This document shows positions 8,906-18,723 of a stretch of 64,000 nucleotides of DNA, one piece after another (position 1 is the stretch's first letter; the number at the start of each line of letters is the position of its first letter). The notes beneath the pieces were generated by a model. It did no database searches, was not told the origin of the DNA, and was given only the letters and a program-made list of their open reading frames with translations. The stretch is from the IMG/VR virus record IMGVR_UViG_3300032213_003338, positions 58,609 to 122,608 of that record; one strand, written 5' to 3'. Made by a program: the position numbers and the translations under genes. The stretch is from a virus.

Positions 8906-9504
8906 TTTTTCCCCTTGCTAGAAAGCCTGTGCGTTCCTGGTAGTAGATCTGTGTCAAACGGCTTTCTCTTGAAAGACCCCGTTCTAAGTGCGTGTAAAAA
9001 ACCGTTAACCCTTCCGTATCCCCACTGATCTGCGCTTCGTACATTTGGTCTTACGCTTTGCGGATTTGTTTTGTAAGCACCAATGCCCCTTCTGAAAACA
9101 GTAATTAAAGTAGAGACCCGTATTTTATGCTTTCCTTTTTTATTGTAGTCGTCAGCTTTTTTCTTTAGTGTGCTGCGAACAGAATCGCTGACGTAGTCTC
9201 CACCTTGAGTAAAGTACGATCTTAAAAAAGCATCAAAAGAAACTGGGCCTTCGCACTCTGGAAAATCAATATCCTCCGTGTTTAGGTCTTCAGCCTTGGA
9301 CATCTTCTTCTTGTATTTGGAAAGATTGTTGTGCAGGGCTTCACGCGAAGAGCACGGCAGATAATAAGTAGTATCCGCCTTTAATCCAGCCTGTTTTCCA
9401 TCTATATTATAAAACTCTTGTGTTCCGCCACAGCCTAGTTTTTTAGCCATGTTTTCTGCGGCCTCACGAGTTGTAAAAATGTAATCTGGTTCTTTAGTAT
9501 CCAT
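8902..9504 (-). CDS. Conserved basic phage hypothetical protein (DUF5824-like C-terminal domain)
   Basis: VFRRGIGAYKTNP...QWGYGRVNGFL. Start MDTKEP chosen because GTGTATAA lies at 9519-9526 (- strand). Family name is from memory. Confidence 0.6.
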   Translation of the reverse strand: MDTKEPDYIFTTREAAENMAKKLGCGGTQEFYNIDGKQAGLKADTTYYLPCSSREALHNNLSKYKKKMSKAEDLNTEDIDFPECEGPVSFDAFLRSYFTQGGDYVSDSVRSTLKKKADDYNKKGKHKIRVSTLITVFRRGIGAYKTNPQSVRPNVRSADQWGYGRVNGFLHALRTGSFKRKPFDTDLLPGTHRLSSKGKK

Positions 9505-9518
9505 AACTGTACTTTTAT

Positions 9519-9533
9519 TTATACACCTATACT
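9519..9533. promoter_or_regulatory. Back-to-back divergent promoters
   Basis: GTGTAT on - strand (9521-9526) lies next to TATACT on + strand (9528-9533), which is followed by N5 and ATG 9539. Confidence 0.55.
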
Positions 9534-9538
9534 TAATT

Positions 9539-10516
9539 ATGCGGATAGCTTTTATAAACAACTTCTTTAACGCTGGCGGATCGTCTCTGGCTTCTTTTAA
9601 TCTAGCGCAGTCATTATCAAAAAATCACGAAATGATGTTCGCTGGTTGTGTTGACGGCCCTTATAGAGAAAAGTTCTCTAAACTTGGACAAACGTATTTA
9701 TACGCAAACAATGGTTTTGAATACGGCCAAACACTTATTGATCAGATTCACGGGTTTTTACCAGATGTTGTTCATATATTTTTGCCCGGATCTCAGAGCC
9801 TGTCTTTTGTTGACGCGCTTCCGAAATGCAAGCTTTTTGCAAGCGTTTTATGTGGTCAGTCTATCGGGTTTGATGCTAGCAAATTTAACAAGATTTTTTT
9901 CAGCTCTGAGTATCAACGATCACTCAGCCCAAATGTTACCAATTTTGAAATCATTAAATACGGAATATCCTCAGCAGAAGCAGTGTCTCAGCAAAGAGAA
10001 AGTCCTGTATTTGGGCGTGTTTCAAGCTTTTGTCCATCAAAAATGATTCACGATACAATCTATTGTTCTGCGCGTATGCCAAACAATAATTTTATAATCG
10101 GTGGTGAGATTCTTGATAAGCAGTATTTTGACGGTGTTGTTTCTTATCTAAATCACACAGGGGCAAAAAACACTAAAATATTTGCCAATGTTAACGAAGA
10201 TCAAAAGCAAGAAATTATTAACTCTTGTGATGTTTACCACTATCCCTCATCCAATGAGGCTTTTTGTTTTTCAATTCTTGAAGCCTTCTCCTGCGGAAAG
10301 CCAGTAATATCCTACAAGAACTCTGCAATACCAGAACTATTTGAAACAGACGAATGGCTGTGTGAGGATTTTGAATCTTTGTTAGCGATGACAAAAAAGA
10401 TGGCTAGTACTTCGGCACAAGATCGTCAAACTATTGGCATGAAGAATTTTAATCTCTACAAGAAGTACGGTGTGGACATTTACGCTCAAAAAATCGAACA
10501 AGAATACCGTAATTGA
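9539..10516 (+). CDS. Glycosyltransferase, GT-B fold (GT4-like)
   Basis: NAGGS; DVYHYPSSNEAFCFSILEAFSCGKPVI. Confidence 0.9.
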   Translation: MRIAFINNFFNAGGSSLASFNLAQSLSKNHEMMFAGCVDGPYREKFSKLGQTYLYANNGFEYGQTLIDQIHGFLPDVVHIFLPGSQSLSFVDALPKCKLFASVLCGQSIGFDASKFNKIFFSSEYQRSLSPNVTNFEIIKYGISSAEAVSQQRESPVFGRVSSFCPSKMIHDTIYCSARMPNNNFIIGGEILDKQYFDGVVSYLNHTGAKNTKIFANVNEDQKQEIINSCDVYHYPSSNEAFCFSILEAFSCGKPVISYKNSAIPELFETDEWLCEDFESLLAMTKKMASTSAQDRQTIGMKNFNLYKKYGVDIYAQKIEQEYRN

Positions 10517-10567
10517 ATCCACAAACCAGGTGTATGCGAATCTACTAATCCTACAATAAAAACCAAC

Positions 10568-12484
10568 ATGAGTCTACCAACACAGTACCAGCAGTTTATT
10601 CATTTGTCACGCTACTCAAGATTTCAAGACGCAATTGCTCGTCGTGAATCTTGGAACGAAACTGTTGACAGATATTTTAATTTCTTTCTAGACCACCTCA
10701 AGACAAACTGCTCTTTTAATCTTGACAATCAGCTTTTGTCAGAACTAAAGTCTGCAGTTCTAAATCTTGAAATTATGCCAAGCATGCGAGCCTTAATGAC
10801 TGCTGGCGAAGCTTTGCAGAGAGACAACGTTGCGGGGTATAATTGTTCTTATGTCACAGTCAGCAGAGTCCGCGCGTTTGATGAAATCCTATACGTTCTC
10901 TTGTGCGGCACAGGAGTTGGATTCTCTGTTGAGCGACAATACGTCGAAAAGCTACCAACTATCGCTGAAGAGTTTACAAACAGCGAAACTACTATTGTCG
11001 TTCAAGATAGCAAGGCTGGCTGGGCTAAAGCATACAGAGAATTGGTATCCTTACTTATTGGAGGCCAAATTCCAAAATGGGACATCTCAAAGGTTCGTCC
11101 TGCTGGCGCAAGACTCAAAACATTTGGTGGACGTGCGTCTGGTCCGGGGCCGCTGGAGGATCTCTTTAGATTCACTATTGATACTTTTAAAAAGGCTGCA
11201 GGAAGAAAACTCACTTCAATCGAATGCCATGATGTGGTCTGCAAAATTGCAGAAGTTGTCGTGGTTGGAGGTGTGCGAAGATCAGCACTTATATCGCTCA
11301 GCAATCTTACTGATGAGAGAATGCGAGACGCAAAATCTGGAGCCTGGTGGAATGAAAATCCCCAGCGCGGTCTTGCGAACAATTCCGTTGCCTACAAAGA
11401 AAGACCAGACATTGGCATCTTCATGGAAGAGTGGGTTTCGCTTTACAAGAGTAAAAGTGGCGAACGCGGCATCTTTAATCGTGAGGCATGCAAAAAAACT
11501 GTTGAAAAACTAGGCGACAGAAGAGATCCATCTTATGACTTCGGTACAAATCCATGCTCAGAAATTATTTTGAGGGATCGTGAATTTTGCAACCTAACAG
11601 AGGTTGTTGTTCGCAGTAACGACAACGAAAAGTCCCTGGCAAGAAAGGTAAGACTCGCAACAATTCTTGGTACTTTCCAGGCCTCACTGACACACTTCCC
11701 GTATCTTTCTTCTGAGTGGAAGAATAACTGCGAAGAAGAATCTCTTCTTGGTGTTTCTTTGACTGGCATAATGGATAATCCATCTATGGCTACTGTGTGC
11801 AAAGAAACAGAGATGATGCTCGCTAGACTCAAGCAAGTATCTATAGATACAAATAAAAAGTTTGCAAAAAGCATCGGGATAAATCCAGCAGCCGCAATTA
11901 CTTGCGTTAAGCCAAGCGGTACTGTTTCTCAGCTTGTTGATGCCGCCTCTGGAATTCACCCAAGACACAATAACTTTTATATCAGAACCGTTCGCGCTGA
12001 TAGAAAAGATCCACTTTGCAAGCTTATGACTGATAATGGCTTTCCTCATGAGCCTTGCGTGATGAAACCAGACTCAACTATGGTTTTCTCGTTCCCAATG
12101 AAAGCGGAAGAATCTCTAACGAGAGACTCTCTTTCTGCAATTAAGCATCTTGAGGTTTGGCTAATGTACCAAAGATATTGGTGCGAACACAAGCCGTCAA
12201 TTACAGTAACAGTCAAAGAGAATGAGTGGATGGAGGTAGGTGCTTGGGTATATGCGCACTTTGATGAAATCAGCGGTATTTCTTTCCTGCCACACTCTGA
12301 TCATTCCTACAGACAAGCGCCATACCAAGATTGCACTAAAGAAGAATACGAAAAGCTAAATAAGTCAATGCCAAACAACTTTGATTGGTCTTTGCTAAAG
12401 GATTACGAAAAAACTGATTCAACTGTTGGAACACAAACCTTTGCTTGTAGCGGAGATAAGTGTGAACTTGTAGATATAACGTAA
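10568..12484 (+). CDS. nrdJ: Class II (adenosylcobalamin-dependent) ribonucleotide reductase
   Basis: MPSMR, GYNC, GTGVGFS, GGVRRSA, GTNPCSEI, TCVKPSGT, C-terminal ACSGDKC; no small-subunit gene nearby. Confidence 0.92.
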   Translation: MSLPTQYQQFIHLSRYSRFQDAIARRESWNETVDRYFNFFLDHLKTNCSFNLDNQLLSELKSAVLNLEIMPSMRALMTAGEALQRDNVAGYNCSYVTVSRVRAFDEILYVLLCGTGVGFSVERQYVEKLPTIAEEFTNSETTIVVQDSKAGWAKAYRELVSLLIGGQIPKWDISKVRPAGARLKTFGGRASGPGPLEDLFRFTIDTFKKAAGRKLTSIECHDVVCKIAEVVVVGGVRRSALISLSNLTDERMRDAKSGAWWNENPQRGLANNSVAYKERPDIGIFMEEWVSLYKSKSGERGIFNREACKKTVEKLGDRRDPSYDFGTNPCSEIILRDREFCNLTEVVVRSNDNEKSLARKVRLATILGTFQASLTHFPYLSSEWKNNCEEESLLGVSLTGIMDNPSMATVCKETEMMLARLKQVSIDTNKKFAKSIGINPAAAITCVKPSGTVSQLVDAASGIHPRHNNFYIRTVRADRKDPLCKLMTDNGFPHEPCVMKPDSTMVFSFPMKAEESLTRDSLSAIKHLEVWLMYQRYWCEHKPSITVTVKENEWMEVGAWVYAHFDEISGISFLPHSDHSYRQAPYQDCTKEEYEKLNKSMPNNFDWSLLKDYEKTDSTVGTQTFACSGDKCELVDIT

Positions 12485-13242
12485 TGCATTATCAAACAGT
12501 TTTCCTGTCCGATCTTCATCTTGCATCAAAGAAGGCAAAGCACAAGCCGCTCATAGACTTCCTGAAGTCCAATACCTTCGATAACATCTACTTGGTAGGT
12601 GATATCATCGACATTTGGAGGTTCAAGGATGCATTCTCAATGAAGCATGAGAAGCAGATTGGACAGGTTGAAGTCGTGGAAAGACTGTTGAAGCTTTCTC
12701 GTAAGGGAGCCAAGGTTCATTACATCTATGGAAACCATGACGAGTTCATGGCAAAGTTCATAGGGCATGAAATATTTGGAAACATTTCTCTGTACGAGAG
12801 AATGGACTACAGCACCAAGACTGGGAAGAAGTTTCTCGTTCTTCACGGACACCAGTTTGATCTCGTCACGAAGTATCCAATAAGTTCTTCAATCTATAAA
12901 CTTGGAGACATCGGATATGAGATCATGCTTGACCTGAATGAAATATTCAATTGGTGCCGTCGTGTCTTGGGAATGCGATACTGGTCTTTGTCGAAGTACG
13001 TGAAGATCAAGGTCAAGAGAGCAGCACAGTTTATTGAAAGCTTTGAAGAGGTCATATGCAGATACGCAAAGGACCGAAAGTATGATGGAGTGATCTGCGG
13101 ACATCTTCACAATCCGAAGATTACGGAAGTCAACGGGACGGTGTACGCAAACTGCGGTTGTTGGACCGAAAAGGACAACTGCACATTTCTGTACGAGGAC
13201 ATTAATGGAGAACTTAGGATTGGCAATTATGCAACAGAGTGA
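12484..13242 (+). CDS. Calcineurin-like metallophosphoesterase (UDP-2,3-diacylglucosamine hydrolase-like)
   Basis: SDLHL, GDIID, GNHD, HGH, CGHLH, NCGCW. Confidence 0.88.
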   Translation: MHYQTVFLSDLHLASKKAKHKPLIDFLKSNTFDNIYLVGDIIDIWRFKDAFSMKHEKQIGQVEVVERLLKLSRKGAKVHYIYGNHDEFMAKFIGHEIFGNISLYERMDYSTKTGKKFLVLHGHQFDLVTKYPISSSIYKLGDIGYEIMLDLNEIFNWCRRVLGMRYWSLSKYVKIKVKRAAQFIESFEEVICRYAKDRKYDGVICGHLHNPKITEVNGTVYANCGCWTEKDNCTFLYEDINGELRIGNYATE

Positions 13243-13489
13243 TATAAAAGAAATATATTATCGCCAACCTAAGTGGCACGACCCTATTGTCCTTGGTCTT
13301 TGTGTTTTCTTTCTTTCTCCGTTTTTTGTCTACGGTATTTTTTTAGGATCAATCAAGAGTCTCTTTTCTAAAAAACATCAGCCGTGTCAGCAAATTAAGG
13401 GCGGTTTATCGGATGAAGAAATAATAATACTTAGAGAGTTATATATGAGAAACTATAATAAGATCGAAACCAATGATAGTAAAAATTAA
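13229..13489 (+). CDS. Small membrane protein
   Basis: One hydrophobic segment IVLGLCVFFLSPFFVYGIFLG; ORF overlaps both neighbours. Confidence 0.5.
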   Translation: MQQSDIKEIYYRQPKWHDPIVLGLCVFFLSPFFVYGIFLGSIKSLFSKKHQPCQQIKGGLSDEEIIILRELYMRNYNKIETNDSKN

Positions 13490-13901
13490 AAAGCTTTCTG
13501 ATAGCGCAAAGACTCCAGAGTACGCAACCTCTGGATCTGCTGGTGTAGATTTATGCTCTGCTATTTCTACTACGATAGAGCCAGGCAAAATAGCTCTTGT
13601 AAAAACAAATATCTCTGTTGAGATGCCTCCAAACATTGAGGCCCAAATAAGAGCTAGAAGCGGTCTTGCATTTAAAAACGGAATATTTGTACTTAATGCG
13701 CCAGGCACCATTGACTCGGATTATCGCGGCGACGTTGGTGTAATTCTGGCAAACTTCAGCGACAAAGCGTTTAACATCAACGTTGGCGACAGAATTGCTC
13801 AAATGGTTTTTGCCAAAGTGATCAAGCCGGAATTCTCAGAGTCCTCAGACCTTTCTACAACATCAAGAGGAGAGGGCGGGTTTGGGCATACTGGTGTCTA
13901 G
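13473..13901 (+). CDS. dut: Trimeric dUTPase
   Basis: AGVDL, RSGLA, GTIDSDYRG, RIAQ, RGEGGFGHTG. Confidence 0.97.
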   Translation: MIVKIKKLSDSAKTPEYATSGSAGVDLCSAISTTIEPGKIALVKTNISVEMPPNIEAQIRARSGLAFKNGIFVLNAPGTIDSDYRGDVGVILANFSDKAFNINVGDRIAQMVFAKVIKPEFSESSDLSTTSRGEGGFGHTGV

Positions 13902-13915
13902 TGTATTTATGATTG

Positions 13916-14284
13916 ATGAGCGCAGAGAAATATGTAAATGAAAATCGTAGTTCGCTGCTTTCAATATACTCACAAATATTGTCTGCAGAAGAGCTTTCCT
14001 GCGAGGTATTCGAAAAAAGAGTTGATGACAAAACTAAAAAAGATCTTTGTAGAAAGACTATAGTCGTTCATAAATATTTAAATGGCGAGGTTGATTTTCC
14101 GATCAATCTTGCCTTTTTAAAACCAAAAGATAGTCAAATTGTAGATGAGCTTTATAGCATCATGCTGTGCGAAGAATTTGTAAAAGCCGGTAAATTAACA
14201 AGAACCGGCGATACATATGAGGCTATAATTGATTGGGATTTTAAAATAATTCCTAAATTTAAGAAATACGTTAAGGGCAAGTAA
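13916..14284 (+). CDS. Hypothetical protein
   Basis: ORF preceded by GTGTATTT at 13901. Confidence 0.55.
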   Translation: MSAEKYVNENRSSLLSIYSQILSAEELSCEVFEKRVDDKTKKDLCRKTIVVHKYLNGEVDFPINLAFLKPKDSQIVDELYSIMLCEEFVKAGKLTRTGDTYEAIIDWDFKIIPKFKKYVKGK

Positions 14285-14634
14285 TGCCTATATACCCATT
14301 TGATTGCCAAGCGTGCCAGCACCACTTTGAGATCTGGCTTAAAATGTCAGATGAAAGACCAACACAATGCCCATCTTGTGGATGTGATGGATGCTTGGCT
14401 CGTGATTTTTCTGGAATAAACACAGTCGTTGATTCCAACCAGCCAAAAACAATAGGCGATTTGGCTAACAAAAACACAGAAGATGCGGTTAAGAGAGGCG
14501 AGCTTCCAAAAAGTGCTCTTGATTGGGAATCAAATAAAAAGAAAAAACGAGAAGTAAAAAATCGAGCAAAGAAAATATCAGAAATGACTCAGCAACAAAA
14601 AACAGACTATATTATGACAGGCAAAATGCCATGA
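14284..14634 (+). CDS. FmdB-family zinc-ribbon protein
   Basis: MPIYPFDCQAC...FE...CPSCG. Confidence 0.85.
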   Translation: MPIYPFDCQACQHHFEIWLKMSDERPTQCPSCGCDGCLARDFSGINTVVDSNQPKTIGDLANKNTEDAVKRGELPKSALDWESNKKKKREVKNRAKKISEMTQQQKTDYIMTGKMP

Positions 14635-14930
14635 GTGTTGAAATTAAAAAAATAGATGACGAGCTTTCGTGTTACACATTCATTTGTGATGACACTGGAA
14701 AAAGAATGCTAAATGTTTGGTCTCGATCTATTGTCGGAAAAACACCAGTGCAAACAGTTGAGGCAAAATGGTTTAGCAGCGGATATGCAGGTTCTGGGCC
14801 ATTTGAAATAGAGGGCGTTTTATCTTGTACGCCAATTGATGATTCAAGATTTAACACAGAGATAGTAGACTTTATGACCGATGAAATATCTGGAGACGTA
14901 AAGCTAACAGCTTTTGTAAAACAAAAATGA
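14631..14930 (+). CDS. Hypothetical protein
   Basis: ATGA-coupled ORF within the operon. Confidence 0.55.
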   Translation: MSVEIKKIDDELSCYTFICDDTGKRMLNVWSRSIVGKTPVQTVEAKWFSSGYAGSGPFEIEGVLSCTPIDDSRFNTEIVDFMTDEISGDVKLTAFVKQK

Positions 14931-15262
14931 AATTTATAAATTCAATAGATCAGCTTGGTGGTGAAAAGAAATACTCTAATGAGTATCTAAATGAATACGG
15001 CAATGCTAGCGATGAGTCTAGAGCCTGCGCAAAAACACAATCATCAGAAACTGGAACTAAATACTACATACTACAAAGCAACGCCCAGAGGAAAATATTT
15101 AATCCAATAATTGATGACTTTCACAAAAAACTACCAGGTAGATCCGAGCACGAGTTTAAATTGACCGAATGCTCAAAAGAAGCATTTGATGCCTACGCCG
15201 ATTATCTTAAAACTAAAAATCCACTTATGCTCAAAAGGGCGGAAATTTGCGTAAAAAGATGA
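14927..15262 (+). CDS. Hypothetical protein
   Basis: ATGA-coupled ORF. Confidence 0.6.
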   Translation: MKFINSIDQLGGEKKYSNEYLNEYGNASDESRACAKTQSSETGTKYYILQSNAQRKIFNPIIDDFHKKLPGRSEHEFKLTECSKEAFDAYADYLKTKNPLMLKRAEICVKR

Positions 15263-15546
15263 ATAAGACAAAGTCCAAATCTATTCTTAATCAATGCAAG
15301 AAAGCAATCAACACAATATTTGATGACGCTGAAGAGGCGCGGCTTAGCAAAGAGCAAATGGAAGAGATTATTTCTTTTATTTCAACAAGACTAGAAACTC
15401 CCGTATTAGCTAATGACACTGATAAAGAAAAGACTACGGCCATTAAGCCTCATGTTTTCAAAACTGGCGCAACAGCTGACGAAAGAGGCGCGTATGTTCA
15501 CACTAAATCGGCCTCTGAAAAATTTGATCAAATGAACGGCAGATAA
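15259..15546 (+). CDS. Hypothetical protein
   Basis: ATGA overlap with the upstream stop. Confidence 0.55.
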   Translation: MNKTKSKSILNQCKKAINTIFDDAEEARLSKEQMEEIISFISTRLETPVLANDTDKEKTTAIKPHVFKTGATADERGAYVHTKSASEKFDQMNGR

Positions 15547-15547
15547 A

Positions 15548-15988
15548 ATGAATAACTCTATTGATCCAAAATTAAATATTTTTTGGTCAGCAAATCTCAA
15601 ATCAGAAAAGACTTGGTTTGACAAACTTAACCAAGATGGCGCTGAATGGTTTAAGCTTTCTGAGGCAGTAGAATCTGGCGAAGAAGAAATACAATCAATG
15701 GCCCTGTGGGTTCATAAAAAATTTCCACACTCGCATATAACATCAGTTCCGATTGGTCAGGATAAAGACGGCTATTTTTTTGGAAAACGAGCATCAATTA
15801 CTTTTGGTGATGGCAATGCCCAAGAGTTTATAGGGGCTGGGTATCTTGAAAATGATATCGTAAAAATTACTTGGTATAACAATTTGCTTGAGGCTATTAT
15901 GTTTGAGGAGAGATCACCGCAAGACTGCGGATTCTCCTTAATAAGATGCAAGAACAAGAACACGACAGCAACTTCGTCTCAGGTTTAA
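15548..15988 (+). CDS. Hypothetical protein
   Basis: 146-aa ORF in a tight operon. Confidence 0.6.
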   Translation: MNNSIDPKLNIFWSANLKSEKTWFDKLNQDGAEWFKLSEAVESGEEEIQSMALWVHKKFPHSHITSVPIGQDKDGYFFGKRASITFGDGNAQEFIGAGYLENDIVKITWYNNLLEAIMFEERSPQDCGFSLIRCKNKNTTATSSQV

Positions 15989-16404
15989 AAATTAAAACAT
16001 CGGCCTATATAACAGAGCTGATTATACTAAACGATATAGAGTGGAAAATTAAAAAGGGAATTTTGGCGTCAAAGCCAATATCTCCTTTTTGGAGAAAAAA
16101 CTCTCAAACAACACCAGAGCTTAAAACTCTTGCAGAAAAGTTTAGGCTTGAGCTTAGCTATGTAAAAAATCTTCTTCATGTTTTCAGTGCTCCGGTCTTG
16201 ATAAAGTACATTAAAGATCGTGGAATTATAACTATAAGATTTTTGACTGCCGACAAGCAAAAGGCTATGGTTTTTAACTTGTTTAACGAGCAGGTTGAGT
16301 TTGAGAAAACAAAAGCAGAAAAGAAAAAAAACAAATTTGATGAGACCATTATAACCGTTGAAGACACACGCCGCGCTCCTAAACTACGTAAAGGACTTGT
16401 ATGA
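15946..16404 (+). CDS. Hypothetical basic protein
   Basis: 152-aa ORF coupled to recA. Confidence 0.55.
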   Translation: MQEQEHDSNFVSGLKIKTSAYITELIILNDIEWKIKKGILASKPISPFWRKNSQTTPELKTLAEKFRLELSYVKNLLHVFSAPVLIKYIKDRGIITIRFLTADKQKAMVFNLFNEQVEFEKTKAEKKKNKFDETIITVEDTRRAPKLRKGLV

Positions 16405-17381
16405 GCACAAAACCACTTGCAGTTGAAGATTTTTTAATTCCGGCAGATTTGCTTCGTGAAGAAGAAGGTCGTGTTTTTAGAACAACGATATCTCTTGATA
16501 TTGCTCTTTCTGGCGGAATACCAGAAGGAACTAGCGTTTTGCTAAGTGGAAAGCCGAAGGTTGGAAAAACAACATTGGCTCTTCATTACGTCCAACAATG
16601 TCACCGTAAGGACCCATCGAAGAAAGTGTTTTTCTTTGACGTAGAAGGTCGTCTTCGTACCGAACTCATTTCTTGTTTTCCAGACATCAATAAAGAAAGT
16701 CTCAATATAGTGAGATCAAACTCAAGCAAAATCTTGAGTGCCGAAGACTATTTGAATCTTATCTTTCAAACACTCAAAGACAATGAACACTCTATTTGTA
16801 TACTTGACTCAATCGCGGCACTGTGTCCAGAGGGCGAGTTGTCTTCTAACATTGGTGATTCTGTTAAGATGGCTGGAACCGCGACTCTTATGTACAAGAT
16901 ATTCCGAAGAGTCAGCCAAATCCTTCCTGTCACCCACAGCACATTCATAGCACTGACTCACATGATTGCCAATCCAAACCCTGGACCCGGTAAAAAAAGC
17001 GCAACAGTTGGTGGTAATGCACCCCAATATGGCGCGTCTGTTTGGCTGGAAGCCGCTTGGAAGCAGGACATAAATGATTCGGCAAATAAAACAATTGGGC
17101 AAAATGCTCACTTTAATGTTATTGCTTCTGCCCTTGGTGCACCAGGCTCAGAAGTAACCGTTCCTATTATTTATGGTCGTGGCGTTGACGAGCATATGGA
17201 TCTTTTTAACATTTGTTGTGAGCTTGGACTAATACAGAAAGCTGGTGCCTGGTATAGTATTGGTGGCTCTAAAGAAAAAATTCAGGGCCAACTTGCCGTA
17301 GTAGAGCTTTTAAAGAAAGATGAAAAACTTTATAGCTCACTTCTATCTCAGGTAGAAACGATGGCAATGCCATGCAAGTGA
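16401..17381 (+). CDS. recA: RecA/UvsX-family recombinase
   Basis: SLDIALSGGIP, Walker A GKPKVGKT, ILDSIAAL, GGNA, GLIQKAGAWY. Confidence 0.9.
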   Translation: MSTKPLAVEDFLIPADLLREEEGRVFRTTISLDIALSGGIPEGTSVLLSGKPKVGKTTLALHYVQQCHRKDPSKKVFFFDVEGRLRTELISCFPDINKESLNIVRSNSSKILSAEDYLNLIFQTLKDNEHSICILDSIAALCPEGELSSNIGDSVKMAGTATLMYKIFRRVSQILPVTHSTFIALTHMIANPNPGPGKKSATVGGNAPQYGASVWLEAAWKQDINDSANKTIGQNAHFNVIASALGAPGSEVTVPIIYGRGVDEHMDLFNICCELGLIQKAGAWYSIGGSKEKIQGQLAVVELLKKDEKLYSSLLSQVETMAMPCK

Positions 17382-17791
17382 TTTCAGTAAATAACCCTAT
17401 TAAAAAAATAACATGGGACCTTCGTAAAGGGGTCTGGCCAATGAAAAGCAAGGCGGCTTGCCGATCAAAGATTCAATATGCAATTGGCCAAATGATACTA
17501 GCCAAATACCCTTTAGATCCAATCCTAGAAGATATTACAATACCAGACACAAGACTTTCACTTGATTTTTATTTGCCTCAACGAAAAATTGCTTTTGAGA
17601 TACAGGGTGAGCAGCACACAGAAATGAATCCGTTTTTTCATGAAACAGTTGCTGACTTTGAAGAACAGAAACATAGGGACTCTCTTAAGGAATTATTTTG
17701 CGAATTAAATAACATACAGCTTGTGAAGCTACACTCTTTAAAGGAAGCTGAGGCGTATTTTGGAATCCCAAAATCTAATGGATCGGTCTGA
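17372..17791 (+). CDS. Vsr/DUF559-like endonuclease
   Basis: LDFYLP...AFEIQGEQH...RD..K...C..NNI.L. Confidence 0.7.
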   Translation: MQVISVNNPIKKITWDLRKGVWPMKSKAACRSKIQYAIGQMILAKYPLDPILEDITIPDTRLSLDFYLPQRKIAFEIQGEQHTEMNPFFHETVADFEEQKHRDSLKELFCELNNIQLVKLHSLKEAEAYFGIPKSNGSV

Positions 17792-18245
17792 GATTCAAAA
17801 AAAGATGGCTGAGTTCCGCGACAGATTTAAGTTTGCGGCAGTCATGGTTCCGCCAGAGGTCGATAGGCTTCTTGGCATGACGAGGGATTATTTGAAATCT
17901 GCGAATAGGGAAGATCTTGCAATTGACTGTATAAGGCTTTCTCAGTATGGGCTTTATATTAAAACTGAGGCAAATAGACTTCGTGCAAATATTTCTTGGT
18001 GCGATGCAAATATTAACTCTATTGTCGGCCGAGAGCTACCAAACACAAACGGTTACGGTATAGCTGAAAAGTCACTTGTAATTAAACGTAATGATCCAGT
18101 CGCAAAGGAGCTTGAGTCAATAAAAACACTCTGCGAGGTTCAACTAAAAACAATTGAGGACATAGACAAGAAAATTGAGTTTATGGCTTCATCTATAAAA
18201 AATCTTTGTTTTGAAAAGAGAGGAATAACAAATGAAAGATCTTAA
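17760..18245 (+). CDS. Coiled-coil protein, possibly a UvsY-like recombination mediator
   Basis: Helical, charged protein between recA and the helicase; the function is inferred from context only. Confidence 0.4.
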   Translation: MESQNLMDRSEIQKKMAEFRDRFKFAAVMVPPEVDRLLGMTRDYLKSANREDLAIDCIRLSQYGLYIKTEANRLRANISWCDANINSIVGRELPNTNGYGIAEKSLVIKRNDPVAKELESIKTLCEVQLKTIEDIDKKIEFMASSIKNLCFEKRGITNERS

Positions 18246-18723
18246 AGGTTTTCTGCAAAAGGCAATCATTACAAATGACATGGAGTCTGTCCGCGAGTTT
18301 TATACCACAATATTTGGGGAAACCGCCCCAATAAGTATTGTGCAGCAAGGCTCCAATATTGACACCCAAAAAATTGAGGCTATTAAAAAAATACTTCTTG
18401 AAGATATTATTGAAGATCGTGGCTACGAGTATGATACTCAATCTCAAGAACAAGGCGAGGACGAAGAAGAGACTAAGTCTGGTGATCAGAGATTTATATC
18501 AAGTAAAGAATTTGAGCTGCCAGAAGATGCATTGCCGCATTACCAAGACGAGGTTAAAAAGCTTAGTGCTAGAAAAAAGCATTATCGTGATGCCTATAAG
18601 CCAAACATGAAAAAGTGCGAGGTTTGTGCTACAACATTTGATTTCAACAAAGAGTATCCGGCTGGTATGCTACAATCTGATAACTCGATCAAGATAAAGT
18701 GCAATAAATGCAGAGCAAAGTAA
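18232..18723 (+). CDS. Hypothetical protein with C-terminal Zn ribbon
   Basis: CEVC...CNKC. Confidence 0.6.
   Translation: MKDLKGFLQKAIITNDMESVREFYTTIFGETAPISIVQQGSNIDTQKIEAIKKILLEDIIEDRGYEYDTQSQEQGEDEEETKSGDQRFISSKEFELPEDALPHYQDEVKKLSARKKHYRDAYKPNMKKCEVCATTFDFNKEYPAGMLQSDNSIKIKCNKCRAK

Noticed and set aside
10530-10537. GTGTAT upstream of nrdJ as a late promoter
   Set aside because: It is followed by GC rather than A/T; TACAAT at 10552 is the better candidate.
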